Positions 12,801 through 24,800 of a stretch of DNA of 64,000 nt are shown here, piece by piece; the stretch's first letter is position 1, and every line of letters begins with the position of its first letter. A model generated the notes under the pieces. That model had not been told where the DNA came from. It searched no databases and saw nothing but the letters and a program-made list of their open reading frames with translations. The translations under genes and the position numbers were made by a program. Source of the DNA: Phallusia mammillata. Taxonomy: Eukaryota. The stretch lies in the NCBI GenBank assembly GCA_965637545.1, contig OZ281496.1:18290001-18354000 (forward strand). The letters are read 5' to 3'.

Positions 12801-15800
12801 GAAAAATATTATTTGATTATTTGAAATGATTAAAAAAATTATTTGATAATTTTTTTCAAATAATTACAAATTTCAAATAATCAAATAATTATTTAATGGT
12901 GAAAATAACGGCCCAAATAGACGTAAAAAGCGACATGCTTTATTGTTCAAACGTTTCGGCAAATGCTCATGCCATCATCAGTGATATGAAGGCCACATCA
13001 ATTGCACCCATTTATATACACTTTAATCGCATAAAAGAATGATAAAAAGGTGCGCAGAAGCGAGGTGTAAGCCACCTGCGAGTGTGCGTCTGACCAAACA
13101 GGTGCAGAGCAACTACGACATACAATATATTTACAAACAAAGAAACAATAGTAGGACAGCACGTCACATCAAAAATACGCAATAAGTTAATTAGGTATTA
13201 AACAAATACAGAGGAACCGACTTAGAATCAACGTTTAATTCCGGTTTATAGCGTTGAATGAAAATTGATTCCAGTAACATTAGTCGATAGCGGTCCCTGG
13301 CTGTCCCAAGCACTTCCGGGTTTTTAAAGTCCACTACATGGTCTTTGTTGGCCTGAAGGTGTTGACACACCTCGGACGTTTCGATTTGTTGGTGTTCATG
13401 AACTCGCGTTCCAAGGTTTCGCCTGGTTTCTCCAATGTAGGTTTTTCCACAAGAACATTTCAGTCTGTAAACAACCGAATATTTTGATGTGACGTGCTGT
13501 CCTACTATTGTTTCTTTGTTTGTAAATATATTGTATGTCGTAGTTGCTCTGCACCTGTTTGGTCAGACGCACACTCGCAGGTGGCTTACACCTCGCTTCT
13601 GCGCACCTTTTTTATCTATCGTTTTTATGCGACGCTTGTTTCGCACCTTTTTATCATTCTTTTATGCGATTAAAGTGTATATAAATGGGTGCAATTGATG
13701 TGGCCTTCATATCACTGATGATGGCATGAGCATTTGCCGAAATGTTTGAACAATAAAGCATGTCGCTTTTTACGTCTATTTGGGCCGTTATTTTCACCAT
13801 TAAACTTATGAACAGATCCGTATATAGTGTTCCAAATAATTATTTGTTTGATAACAGCCCTAATACATATGTACATTGAAATAACCCATGCAACGCAAAG
13901 ACAAAATAAACATACATTAAAGAAAACACAAACAAAAAACAATTACCCTGACATCAAACTTTACAAGTGTACCTTCAAATATCTAAAGGATCAGTTGAAA
14001 TACCATCCGATTTAATTTTTCGTTTGCAATACAAATAGGTTAGGCCTTTTTTATATTGGTTATAAGTAAACATTTTTCCGTTTCTAAGCATAAAACCATT
14101 GCTGCAGGCAGTACAATCGTTTTGTGTTTTCAAAACATCTAAATAGTATTGCCGTCGCAAATCATCGATCTTTCCTTTACCCTAAAATTATTTTTTTCCG
14201 GTTTTCTATTGTCAGCCGAAAATTTCAGTTTGCTTTGCAGCATGGTTGCATAACCATAAACCATTGTAAGCCACGTCGGTTGCAAAAACAAAATCGGTAA
14301 AGTGTGATTACCCCGAGATTTAACCCTTACCCCAGCTCCAACTCTCGGTCTAAATCCTTATACCTTTGATAAAAAAAACACAGCACGGCTTGGATCTTAA
14401 CCTTCAAAGCGCCTTATTTTCAGGCCTCTCAAAAGGCTTGGCCACAAATCTGTCATATTGCTTGTTTGTTTTTATTTCAACGGTAGGTCAAGATCTGTAC
14501 AGATGTGATGGGGACAAAAACAACCCAGCAACTGATTAACAGGATTGCAGTCGGGTGTTGTACGATTATAAACAACGTTGGGTTGCTTATGCCGTTTGCA
14601 AACGAGTTGCAAATAAAACCCTGAGCTGCGATCATAAACTTGACAAAGTTAAAATGTGATCTATTATTGTGTGTAAACCTATCAGTGATGCTGAAACTGA
14701 TAAAAGGTCAATCCGCTAGTTCCCATAGCCAAACCCGTTTTTTGTTTTCGCGTGTGACAAAAATTTTACAATTGCATTTTAATGAAAAATACTGATTAGA
14801 AAAAATCTTTTGCAGAAACGCTGTCAAACTGATTGCGAAACTGCCTTTGATTAGGGTTGAGTTATCCGGATAACGGTTAACCGAGTAGATTTTTTGCTAT
14901 CCGATATCCAGATATTTTGGTCGGGTAACCGGATGACAAAGTAGGAAGTATTTTATCAATTTCAGAAAACCATACAATTAATGTGCAGTGAGAGAGATGT
15001 AACGAACGATTTCCTGTCTATCCAAATGTATTCACTTAGTTTTACCGATTACCGCTGGTAAATCGATAAAAGTATGTTATAAATGAAACGCAGTTCAAAT
15101 AGCTATTGCACGTATTGTAAGATGAGAAAATTGAAATATAGGCCCAGGACAATTTTTAATAGGGCAAAAGCCCTGTTTGTGACCTTTTTTCGCTCGGAAA
15201 ATGACCATAAAAGGGCAAAATGTGAAATGATTGATGTATCGTGCCGTTTGAATACATTACAGCAGCAATAAATACTATAAATGCGTAAACTTGTTATGTG
15301 CTGGACAAGTATAAACACTGAAACTAAATTTATTCTACACTTTTATGCAGTTCTAATAGACTTATTATATCTGGGTAACCTTACAGCTAGATTCAAAATA
15401 TCCGTTGTTCGAATAGCAGAAATTATACATATCGAACTTAGCCTACTTGTGATGCGTTTAAGTGTATTTGCCTGTAGAGACGTGTTTGCAATCGTGCTTC
15501 TTCCACATAACAACCGGGAACGGATTTAAGTCCACCAATCAATTGATGTAACCGTTTGTTGCGGTCGCGCTATGTGCTGCAATTTGTTTACACAAATGCA
15601 AACATAGTAAAAAAGTTTACCACCTACAAGCTTGAAGCTGTAAAATAGTTTTGATTGCACCAAATACAAAAGGTAACAAATGTTCTCTTATCCGTTTTAA
15701 TGCGACAAAAAACTCTTAATTTTTATTGCAGTCGGGTGCTGTACAATTATAAACAACTTTGGGTTGCTTATGTCGTTTGCAAACGAGTTGCAAATAAAAC

Positions 15801-18800
15801 CCTGAGCTGCGATCATAAACTTGACAAAGTTAAAACGTGATCTATTATTGTGATTACAGAAATGCAAACATAGTAAAAAAGTCAAGGGTTACCACCTACA
15901 AATTTGAGCTGTAAAATAATTTTGACACACTGAAGACAAAAGGTAACAAATGTTCTCTTATCCTATGAAAAAACTCTTAATTTTAGCATGAACTAATACG
16001 AACGTGCTAAAGCCAAACTGGTTGATACAGAAGAAAGTGCTCTGAAAGAACACCTACACTTTATTTTTAAAGTATTGCATTGCACATGCAAACAACACAT
16101 CGTTTTACTTTTATTCACACAAATACTACATTGTTACTCAGCCAAATAGCCTGAACCGTACCCGAACCCGCGAACAGTGTACAGTCAAAATTCATTGGGA
16201 GTTAGGCAATGAAGATGATGGATAGAATGAAAATTAAACGAAAGGGGATTTGAACCAGTTTATAAAATCAGAACAAAACCCGAATCCACAAACATAGATT
16301 TATTAAAACCTGAACCGAACCCGAAACCGTAAAAACAAAGTGAACCCGAACCGAACTGAACCTGAACCGATATGACAAGCGGTTAGACTCCCTGTTTAAG
16401 AATGAATTGGCGTATAATTAAATTCTGAACACTTTGGTTGGCTTATACTGTGCATTATGGTCAGGGTTTTGTCTTTTACTATGTCTGTTGTTTGGCGGTC
16501 ATCTTGATACGGTGTATTGTTGTCTTGGGCATAGCCATCACGAATGTGCTTTCGGTATGTATCTGATTGCGGCTATGTGGCAAGTGATTGCCTGTTAAGT
16601 GCACATTTGTGTTACTACAAGTGTTTCTGCACGTTCTATGANNNNNNNNNNNNNNNNNNNNNNNNNNNNNNNNNNNNNNNNNNNNNNNNNNNNNNNNNNN
16701 NNNNNNNNNNNNNNNNNNNNNNNNNNNNNNNNNNNNNNNNNNNNNNNNNNNNNNNNNNNNNNNNNNNNNNNNNNNNNNNNNNNNNNNNNNNNNNNNNNNN
16801 NNNNNNNNNNNNNNNNNNNNNNNNNNNNNNNNNNNNNNNNNCCCTGTTTCCACACAATTGTGCAATCGTAAGAAAATGTGATGCAACAATTGGAAGAGCC
16901 GGTTCAACTATAAATCGAACTTTTCATGTTCTGTGCGACGTTTTATGAAGCGAAATTTATAAATTTAACCTGTAAAAAGTGTAATTTATTGCGCTTCTTT
17001 ATAATCCTTTATCATAAATGTCCAATTTTGAGCCTGAATTACGTTTTTCTTTCATTGGAATTTGTAAATTCAGCTGTAGTCTTGGTTAGGCTTCGAACAA
17101 AGTTGTTTTAGCATATATCTGATAAAGTTTCAGCGGTTTCCAGCAAATCCTGTGTTTGCCCGCAATAAAAACTTGGTCGGTTTTCGGTTATAGTAAAAAT
17201 TCGAGCTTGCGCGTTGTTATATTTAGATTGGCTAATCGAATATATTGTGTTTCTTTACATTGCATTGATACCCTGGTTGTGTTGTGTGTGGAGCGGGGAG
17301 AAATGGTGCAATCAAATACCAGGGGCACGTTGAGACCTGCTCCAATCGTATGCATAAAACCGCATGAATTCGGTTGTTGAAAAGTGTATTTGAAACAAAC
17401 GCTATGCATTCCGCCAAAGCTGTATTTGCCGAATTGAACCTAAACAGTAAACGACGTTATCTCTTTGTTACATAACTAACAGAGGCGAATTTTACCGGAC
17501 GTGTTGTGTCACTTTAGGGTTGCTAATATTGGTTCCATGTCGCGAGTTAGGGTCATGTAGCCATCCCTGAGAGTGAAAAACGTAACACTGCAAAATTAGT
17601 TTTCCGGAAAAATCAAAACTTTTTGAGTCATCTAATTGAAGTGGTTAAATTCTGTTTGGGCCATATTTTTGTGGTGAATGACACGTAAATTTGATAGGTC
17701 AGGTCTCAACATGCCCCTGGTATTTGATTGCATCATTTCTCCCCGCTCCACACACAACACAACCAGGGTATCAATGCAATGTAAAGAAACACAATATTAT
17801 TCGATTAGCCAATCTAAATATAACAACGCGCAAGCTCGAATTTTTACTATAACCGAAAACCGACCAAGTTCTTATTGCGGGCAAACACAGGATTGCTGGA
17901 AACCGGCTGAAACTTTATCAGATATATGCTAAAACAACTTTGTTCGAAGCTTAACCAAGATTACAGCTGAATTTACAAATTCCAATGAAAGAAAAACGCA
18001 ATTCAGGCTCAAAATTGGACATTTATGAAAAAGGATTATAAAGAAGCGCAATAAATTACACTTTTTACAGGTTAAATTTGTAAAATTTCGCTTCATAAAA
18101 CGTCGCACAGAACATGAAAAGTTCGATTTATAGTTGAACCGGCTCTTCCAATTGTTGCATCACATTTTCTTACGATTGCACCATTGTGTGGAAACAGGGC
18201 TCTCAAGAGAAGAAACAAATATGCTGGTACAAGTCAATTTCTGCCCCCCTTCACTAAAGTCATGTCTATAAAAGTTTATTCAGTTGGGGAATAGTTTATG
18301 CTCCGAGGATGTAATGAACAAGCATTTAATACGTTTATGCGTCCACGAAAACAAACAAAAGCAGGTTGGCCATTGGAAATAAGTGCGTAGAGATTCTTTG
18401 AAAAATGCTTTTAATTTGACAAATACAAAGACAGAACACCAACCTCTTCAAATGTAAACGTCTTCACATACACACACACACACATAGCTGTCGCTTTATA
18501 AACTTTAGCAAAATGATCCAAAGAGGTATCTCGCTTATAGTTACAAAGCTGTGACCAAATCAAATACGTGTAACAAATACCGTTTTAACGTCATAGAACG
18601 TGCAGAAACACTTGTAGTAACACAAGTGTGCACTTAACAGGCAATCGCTTGCCACATAGCCGCAATCAGATACATACCGAAAGCACATTCGTGATGGCTA
18701 TGCCCAAGACAACAATACACCTTATCAAGATGACCGCCAAACAACAGACATAGTAAAAGACAAAACCCTGACCATAATGCACAGCATATACCAACCAAAG

Positions 18801-21800
18801 TGTTCAGATTTTAACAATACGCCAGTTCTTTCATGTTACACCACAATATTTACGCGACTTCCTTACTTACCAAACAACGGACATAGCTGTGACATACAAA
18901 AACTAGGACCGGCTTGAATTTTTTTTTTCGGACATGTCCGGGTAATTTCGCTATAACTTACGCATGCGCCGACGTAACAATAAAAAAACGTGTAGAATAC
19001 GCAACGAAGCATAGAGTTGCACTAACATAGGGTTACCAGACATCCGAAGTTTCCCGGACATGTCCGAAAATACCGCGTAAAATCTGAGTCCGGAAATAAT
19101 TTGCAAAAACATTCTTAAACAGGGAATCGAACCGATTGTCATATCGGTTCAGGTTCGGTTCTGGTTCACTTTGTTTTTACGGTTTCGGGTTCGGTTCAGG
19201 TTTTAATAAATCTATGTTTGTGGATTCGGGTTTTGTTCTGGTTTTATAAACTGGTTCAAATCCCCTTTCGTTTAATTTTCATTCTATCCATCATCTTCAT
19301 GGCCTAACTCCCAATGAATTTTGACTGTACACTGTTCGCGGGTTCGGGTACGGTTCAGGCTATTGGCTGAGTAACAATGTAGTAAAATAATACATTTACA
19401 TGCTTCGGTTAGGAAGAAATTGTGATGGTTTTAAAAGTTTTCAAATTTTCTTAAATTACCGAGGTGTAATTCACATTTTGCGGACGAATTTTTTTCAAAT
19501 TCTTTTAGTTTTTCCCCTGAACTAAGGGTGGAATTTACGTGGCACTAAGTAGCAACATTTTTGTTGGCAATACATTTGGGTAATAACTACTTCCTAACTT
19601 GTTGTGAATAATTTAGAAACACACTAACACAAAGGTGGATCCAAATTTTCATGCACGCCGGCAATTTCATGTGTAGGCTTTACTGTTAAATACACAATTT
19701 TGTGACCAAAAAAGATTTTTTGAAAAAGCGATGGTATAGAAGCCTAACACACACAGATGTCAAAATTATCTTTATCGACGTGATTCTGAAAAGTCACGCT
19801 TTGGACGTCTGTAGAGGCGTTTTTTGTTTGTTTGCTAGTTTCGAAAAATATCGATCTTTCATTAAACAGTACATGTTGGTGAAAAAGTTAATTTGTGTGA
19901 ATAAAAGTAAAACGATGTGTTGTTTGCATGTGCAATGCAATACTTTAAAAATAAAGTGTAGGTGTTCTTTCAGATCACTTTCTTCTGTATCAACCAGTTT
20001 GGCTTTAGCGCGTTCGTATTAGTTCATGCTAAAATTAAGAGTTTTTTCATAGGATAAGAGAACATTTGTTACCTTTTGTCTTCAGTGTGTCAAAATTATT
20101 TTACAGCTCAAATTTGTAGGTGGTAACCCTTAACTTTTTTACTATGTTTGCATTTCTGTAATCACAATAATAGATCACGTTTTAACTTTGTCAAGTTTAT
20201 GATCGCAGCTCAGGGTTTTATTTGCAACTCGTTTGCAAACGACATAAGCAACCCAAAGTTGTTTATAATTGTACAGCACCCGACTGCAATAAAAATTAAG
20301 AGTTTTTTGTCGCATTAAAACGGATAAGAGAACATTTGTTACCTTTTGTATTTGGTGCAATCAAAACTATTTTACAGCTTCAAGCTTGTAGGTGGTAAAC
20401 TTTTTTACTATGTTTGCATTTGTGTAAACAAATTGCAGCACATAGCGCGACCGCAACAAACGGTTACATCAATTGATTGGTGGACTTAAATCCGTTCCCG
20501 GTTGTTATGTGGAAGAAGCACGATTGCAAACACGTCTCTACAGGCAAATACACTTAAACGCATCACAAGTAGGCTAAGTTCGATATGTATAATTTCTGCT
20601 ATTCGAACAACGGATATTTTGAATCTAGCTGTAAGGTTACCCAGATATAATAAGTCTATTAGAACTGCATAAAAGTGTAGAATAAATTTAGTTTCAGTGT
20701 TTATACTTGTCCAGCACTTAACAAGTTTACGCATTTATAGTATTTATTGCTGCTGTAATGTATTCAAACGGCACGATACATCAATCATTTCACATTTTGC
20801 CCTTTTATGGTCATTTTCCGAGCGAAAAAAGGTCACAAACAGGGCTTTTGCCCTATTAAAAATTGTCCTGGGCCTATATTTCAATTTTCTCATCTTACAA
20901 TACGTGCAATAGCTATTTGAACTGCGTTTCATTTATAACATACTTTTATCGATTTACCAGCGGTAATCGGTAAAACTAAGTGAATACATTTGGATAGACA
21001 GGAAATCGTTCGTTACATCTCTCTCACTGCACATTAATTGTATGGTTTTCTAAAATTGATAAAATACTTCCTACTTTGTCATCCGGTTAACCGACCAAAA
21101 TATCTGGATATCGGATAGCAAAAAATCTACTCGGTTAACCGTTATCCGGATAACTCAACCCTAATCAAAGGCAGTTTCGCAATCAGTTTGACAGCGTTTC
21201 TGCAAAAGATTTTTTCTAATCAGTATTTTTCATTAAAATGCAATTGTAAAATTTTTGTCACACGCGAAAACAAAAAACGGGTTTGGCTATGGGAACTAGC
21301 GGATTGACCTTTTATCGGTTTCAGCATCACTGATAGGTTTACACACAATAATAGATCACGTTTTAACTTTGTCAAGTTTATGATCGCAGCTCAGGGTTTT
21401 ATTTGCAACTCGTTTGCAAACGGCATAAGCAACCCAACGTTGTTTATAATCGTACAGCACCCGACTGCAATCCTGTTAATCAGTTGCTGGGTTGTTTTTG
21501 TCCCCACCACATCTGTACAGATCTTGACCTACCGTTGACATAAAAACAAACAAGCAATATGACAGATTTGTGGCCAAGCCCTTTGAGAGGCCTGAAAACA
21601 AGGCGCTTTGAAGGTTAAGATTCAAGCCGTGCTGTGTTTTTTTTTATCAAAGGTATAAGGATTTAGACCGAGAGTTGGAGCTGGGGTAAGGGTTAAATCC
21701 CGGGGTAATCACACTTTACCGACTTTGTTTTTGCAACCGACGTGGCTTACAATGGTTTATGGTTATGCAATCATGCTGCAAAGCAAACTGAAATTTTCGG

Positions 21801-24800
21801 CTGACAATAGAAAACCGGAAAAAAATAATTTTGGGGTAAAGGAAAGATCGATGATTTGCGACGGCAATACTACAGTGCCGGCAAAAAAAATCTTTGCATT
21901 CGGTCGGCAAAAAAAAACTTTGCATGTCAATTTTGCATAAGTTCTTAGCTTACTCTTTCCGCCAAAAGCATTGTATTACAGAAACGCTTCTAGTTATGTC
22001 ATAAGCTACTCTCTGGCTACACTTCGCCACAAAGCCATTGCTCTGCGTGCCTAATGTTGCTTTACAGCTCCGTGATTCGTAAGGTCGGTGAAATCACACA
22101 ATATTTTTTATTTTCCTAAAGTTTCGAGGTCTTGCAAAATTTTATTCAAACACGAAAATGGGTCGAAAGAAGATTCAAATGGAAAAAAAAACCTTATGCC
22201 TTGACTTTGTTAGAGAATGGAGGTTCTGTGACTGCTGTAGCCAGAGATATTTGGGGTCTCAAAAGAGGCAATTTATTAATTAAAAGGTCAGCGGCGTAAT
22301 TGCCACACGGGATGGTTCAGAAGAGAAAGTCAGGTTCTGGCGCACCTAAGAAGACTTCGCCAAGTACGGATAAGCTTTTGAAGTGTGAAGTAACCTCATA
22401 CCCATCTATAACCGCCGTTGATTTACAAAAACAAGCACCCTGAGCTTCTCCACAACGTTTTAAACAGGACAATCGTCATCGATTTTTGAAGGATCTTAAG
22501 CTACCCTGTCGCCAGGCAGCAAAGAAGCCCATGCTTAGTGCAGCAATCAAAGAATCTCCCTTCTTTAACAAAGTCAAGGCACAAGATTTTTCTTCCATTT
22601 GCATCTTTTTTCGACCCATTTTAGTGCTTGAAAATTTTTTTGCAAGACCTCGAAATTTCGGGAAAATAAAAAATATTGTGTGATTTCACCGACCTTACTA
22701 ATCACGAAGCTGTAAAGCAACATTAGGCACGCAGAGCAATGGCTTTGCGGCGAAGTGTAGCCAAACAGTAGCTTATGACATAACTAGAAGCGTTTTTGCA
22801 ACACAATGCTTTTGGCGGAAACAGTAAGCTAAGAACTTATGCAGAATTTACATGTAAAGTTTTTTTTTGCCGACCGAATGTAAAGATTTTTTTTGGCGGC
22901 ACTGTATTTAGATGTTTTGAAAACACAAAACGATTTTACTGCCTGCAACAATGGTTTTATGCTTAGAAACGGAAAAATGTTTACTTATAACCAATATAAA
23001 AAGGCCTAACCTATTTGTATTGCAAACGAAAAATTAAATCGGATGGTATTTCAACTGATCCTTTAGATATTTGAAGGTACACTTGTAAAGTTTGATGTCA
23101 GGGTAATTGTTTTTTGTTTGTGTTTTCTTTAATGTATGTTTATTTTGTCTTTGCGTTGCATGGGTTATTCCAATGTACATATGTATTCTCTATGCTCGTA
23201 TATATAAGTGTGTGATTTTCATAAAATACACGTGGAAAAACATTTTTTGACTTAGATTGTTTCTTATGACTATGGCGCGTGACATATCGCTTGACGATTT
23301 TGTAGACTGTTTTTCAAGTAATTACCGTGCAAACGATTGCTTCGTGCAACGCCTATTTCAAAAGCTGATGTAATTGCGCGTTGTTGTTGTGAAATACTTT
23401 TGAAAATAAATAAAACGCGTTTAATGCCGCGCACGAGACGCTCCGCTCATGCGACACGCAATCGAGCACGGCGCGCGCTCGCTCATCCAGTGAAACTCGA
23501 CAGCTGGCAGACGACAATAGAAACGCAGATTAAAAAGTCTATGACGCACGCCATCTATTGGCGGTTTACTGTCTTGGTTGTTTAAAGCCATGACCCACTT
23601 TCTTGCAACAAACAAACAAATAAATAAATTAATAAATATATTTGACTACGTCAAAACCTAAACAAATGTTCTGTGAAAACAGGAATTAACACAAAAGCAA
23701 TTCCTACATAGAACAAATAACTAAAAGTCTTAAACCAAGATCAACAACACCTGAACACAGGTACCTTCAAGGTTAAACAAGGTCACACACAGGTAGCTGC
23801 GCGGTACCTTTCAGGCTTTGGACTTGCGCAAGTCTTTCACAAAACGATACTTCCTTTGGAATTCCACGTAAAAACACCTGCAGAGGTTAGGGTTAGCAAC
23901 GTCACCTGAAGGTCACGACTTCCTGCCCCCAAAGGTAAGAAAAGTCGGAAACACTTGAAAGGGCACAAGGTAAGACTTCCTTCGGAAGTCTTAAGACATC
24001 TTCCAGAAAGGCGAAGTCCTGATGTACAAGACGTCTTCAAGATGAGGAAGTCGGAAACCAAGACGTAACCAAGACTTCCTGCGGAAGTCTTAAGACGTTT
24101 TCAAGGTCAAGTTCAAGGAAACCGGATGTCTTGCACGGAACTGTAGATCGTACGGGACATCTTACTACTACTATTGCTGTTTTTTGATTTTTCGGGGTTA
24201 CCTCGATGTTATGGCCCTCATTTAAACAATTTATATTCAAAGACGTTATTATCTACCGAAAATGATATACTGAGTGCTACAAACATGCTGGAAACAACGC
24301 ACAAAGTTTTAATTGATAAAGTCACACCAGTGCAGCTGGTGACGCGATATAGGCCTCTCAACAAACTAAAGCGCTTCCCAACAGACTGAGTTAAGAAAAC
24401 TAACTAAAGGCTAGAGGGTAATGTTTAAAATTCCAGTTTTAATTACTGTCAGCTATAATAGTAATTTCAAAGGCATGTTGCTTGGTATGTACAACAATTA
24501 GCATTAATACACAAACAAAGGAATCTTGATAAAGCACTTCTATTTCCTTTGTTTTTAACCGTTTGTACACACTTTTTTCGGTGTGGTCCACAAAGTTTGT
24601 CGAAATAAACCAAGAACAATGAGTAAAAAGTTAGAAAGTTTTTTTTGGAACGTTTACTTTCAATATCTGATAATAAAATCAATACGAGAATATGACGACA
24701 TTTTGCAGTTTACAACCCACGTTTATCCTCAAGATCTTGTTGGAGGATATCCTGGTCGGTTTAAATGCAAGTTTCGTTTTCCAAAAAACGCTTCCATTAA

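Larger units (their letters stand above)
12892..13804 (-). mobile_element. 5'-truncated Penelope-like element with inverted pLTR copies
   Basis: Inverted repeats 12892-13174 and 13482-13804 flank a GIY-YIG C-terminal fragment. Confidence 0.88.
12235..13862. mobile_element. Non-autonomous hAT element (TAGGG termini) private to the left arm
   Basis: TAGGGCTGTTATCAAA / TTTGATAACAGCCCTA; 8-bp TSD ATGCATAT/ATACATAT; the right arm has the empty site. Confidence 0.85.
10905..17339 (+). repeat. Left arm of the giant inverted repeat
   Basis: Collinear reverse complement of 17700-24172 apart from private indels and insertions; mirrored ORF pairs in the track (e.g. 15083/20744, 15281/20486, 15655/20175). 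Confidence 0.92.
10905..24172. mobile_element. 13.3-kb foldback element with Maverick/Polinton-type termini, non-autonomous
   Basis: Left end AGCAGTAGTAAGATGTCCCGTACG, right end CGTACGGGACATCTTACTACTACT; 6-bp TSD ATTGCT (10899-10904, 24173-24178); the paralogous introns in copies B and C lack it; no pPolB, integrase or capsid ORF visible. Confidence 0.8.

Noticed and set aside
18925-19070. Two perfect p53 half-sites (GGACATGTCC)
   Set aside because: Single half-sites about 125 bp apart beside a TAGGGTTACCA hAT-Blackjack-like terminus; better explained as transposon subterminal repeats.
15083-20932. Pairs of near-identical short ORFs (15083/20744, 15103/20697, 15281/20486, 15655/20175) as conserved genes
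   Set aside because: They are mirror images created by the palindrome and have no recognisable motifs.
10905-24172. Giant inverted repeat as a pure assembly artefact around the N gap
   Set aside because: The arms differ by substitutions and by private TSD-flanked insertions, and the whole is bounded by a 6-bp TSD with an empty paralogous site. Long-read confirmation is still needed.
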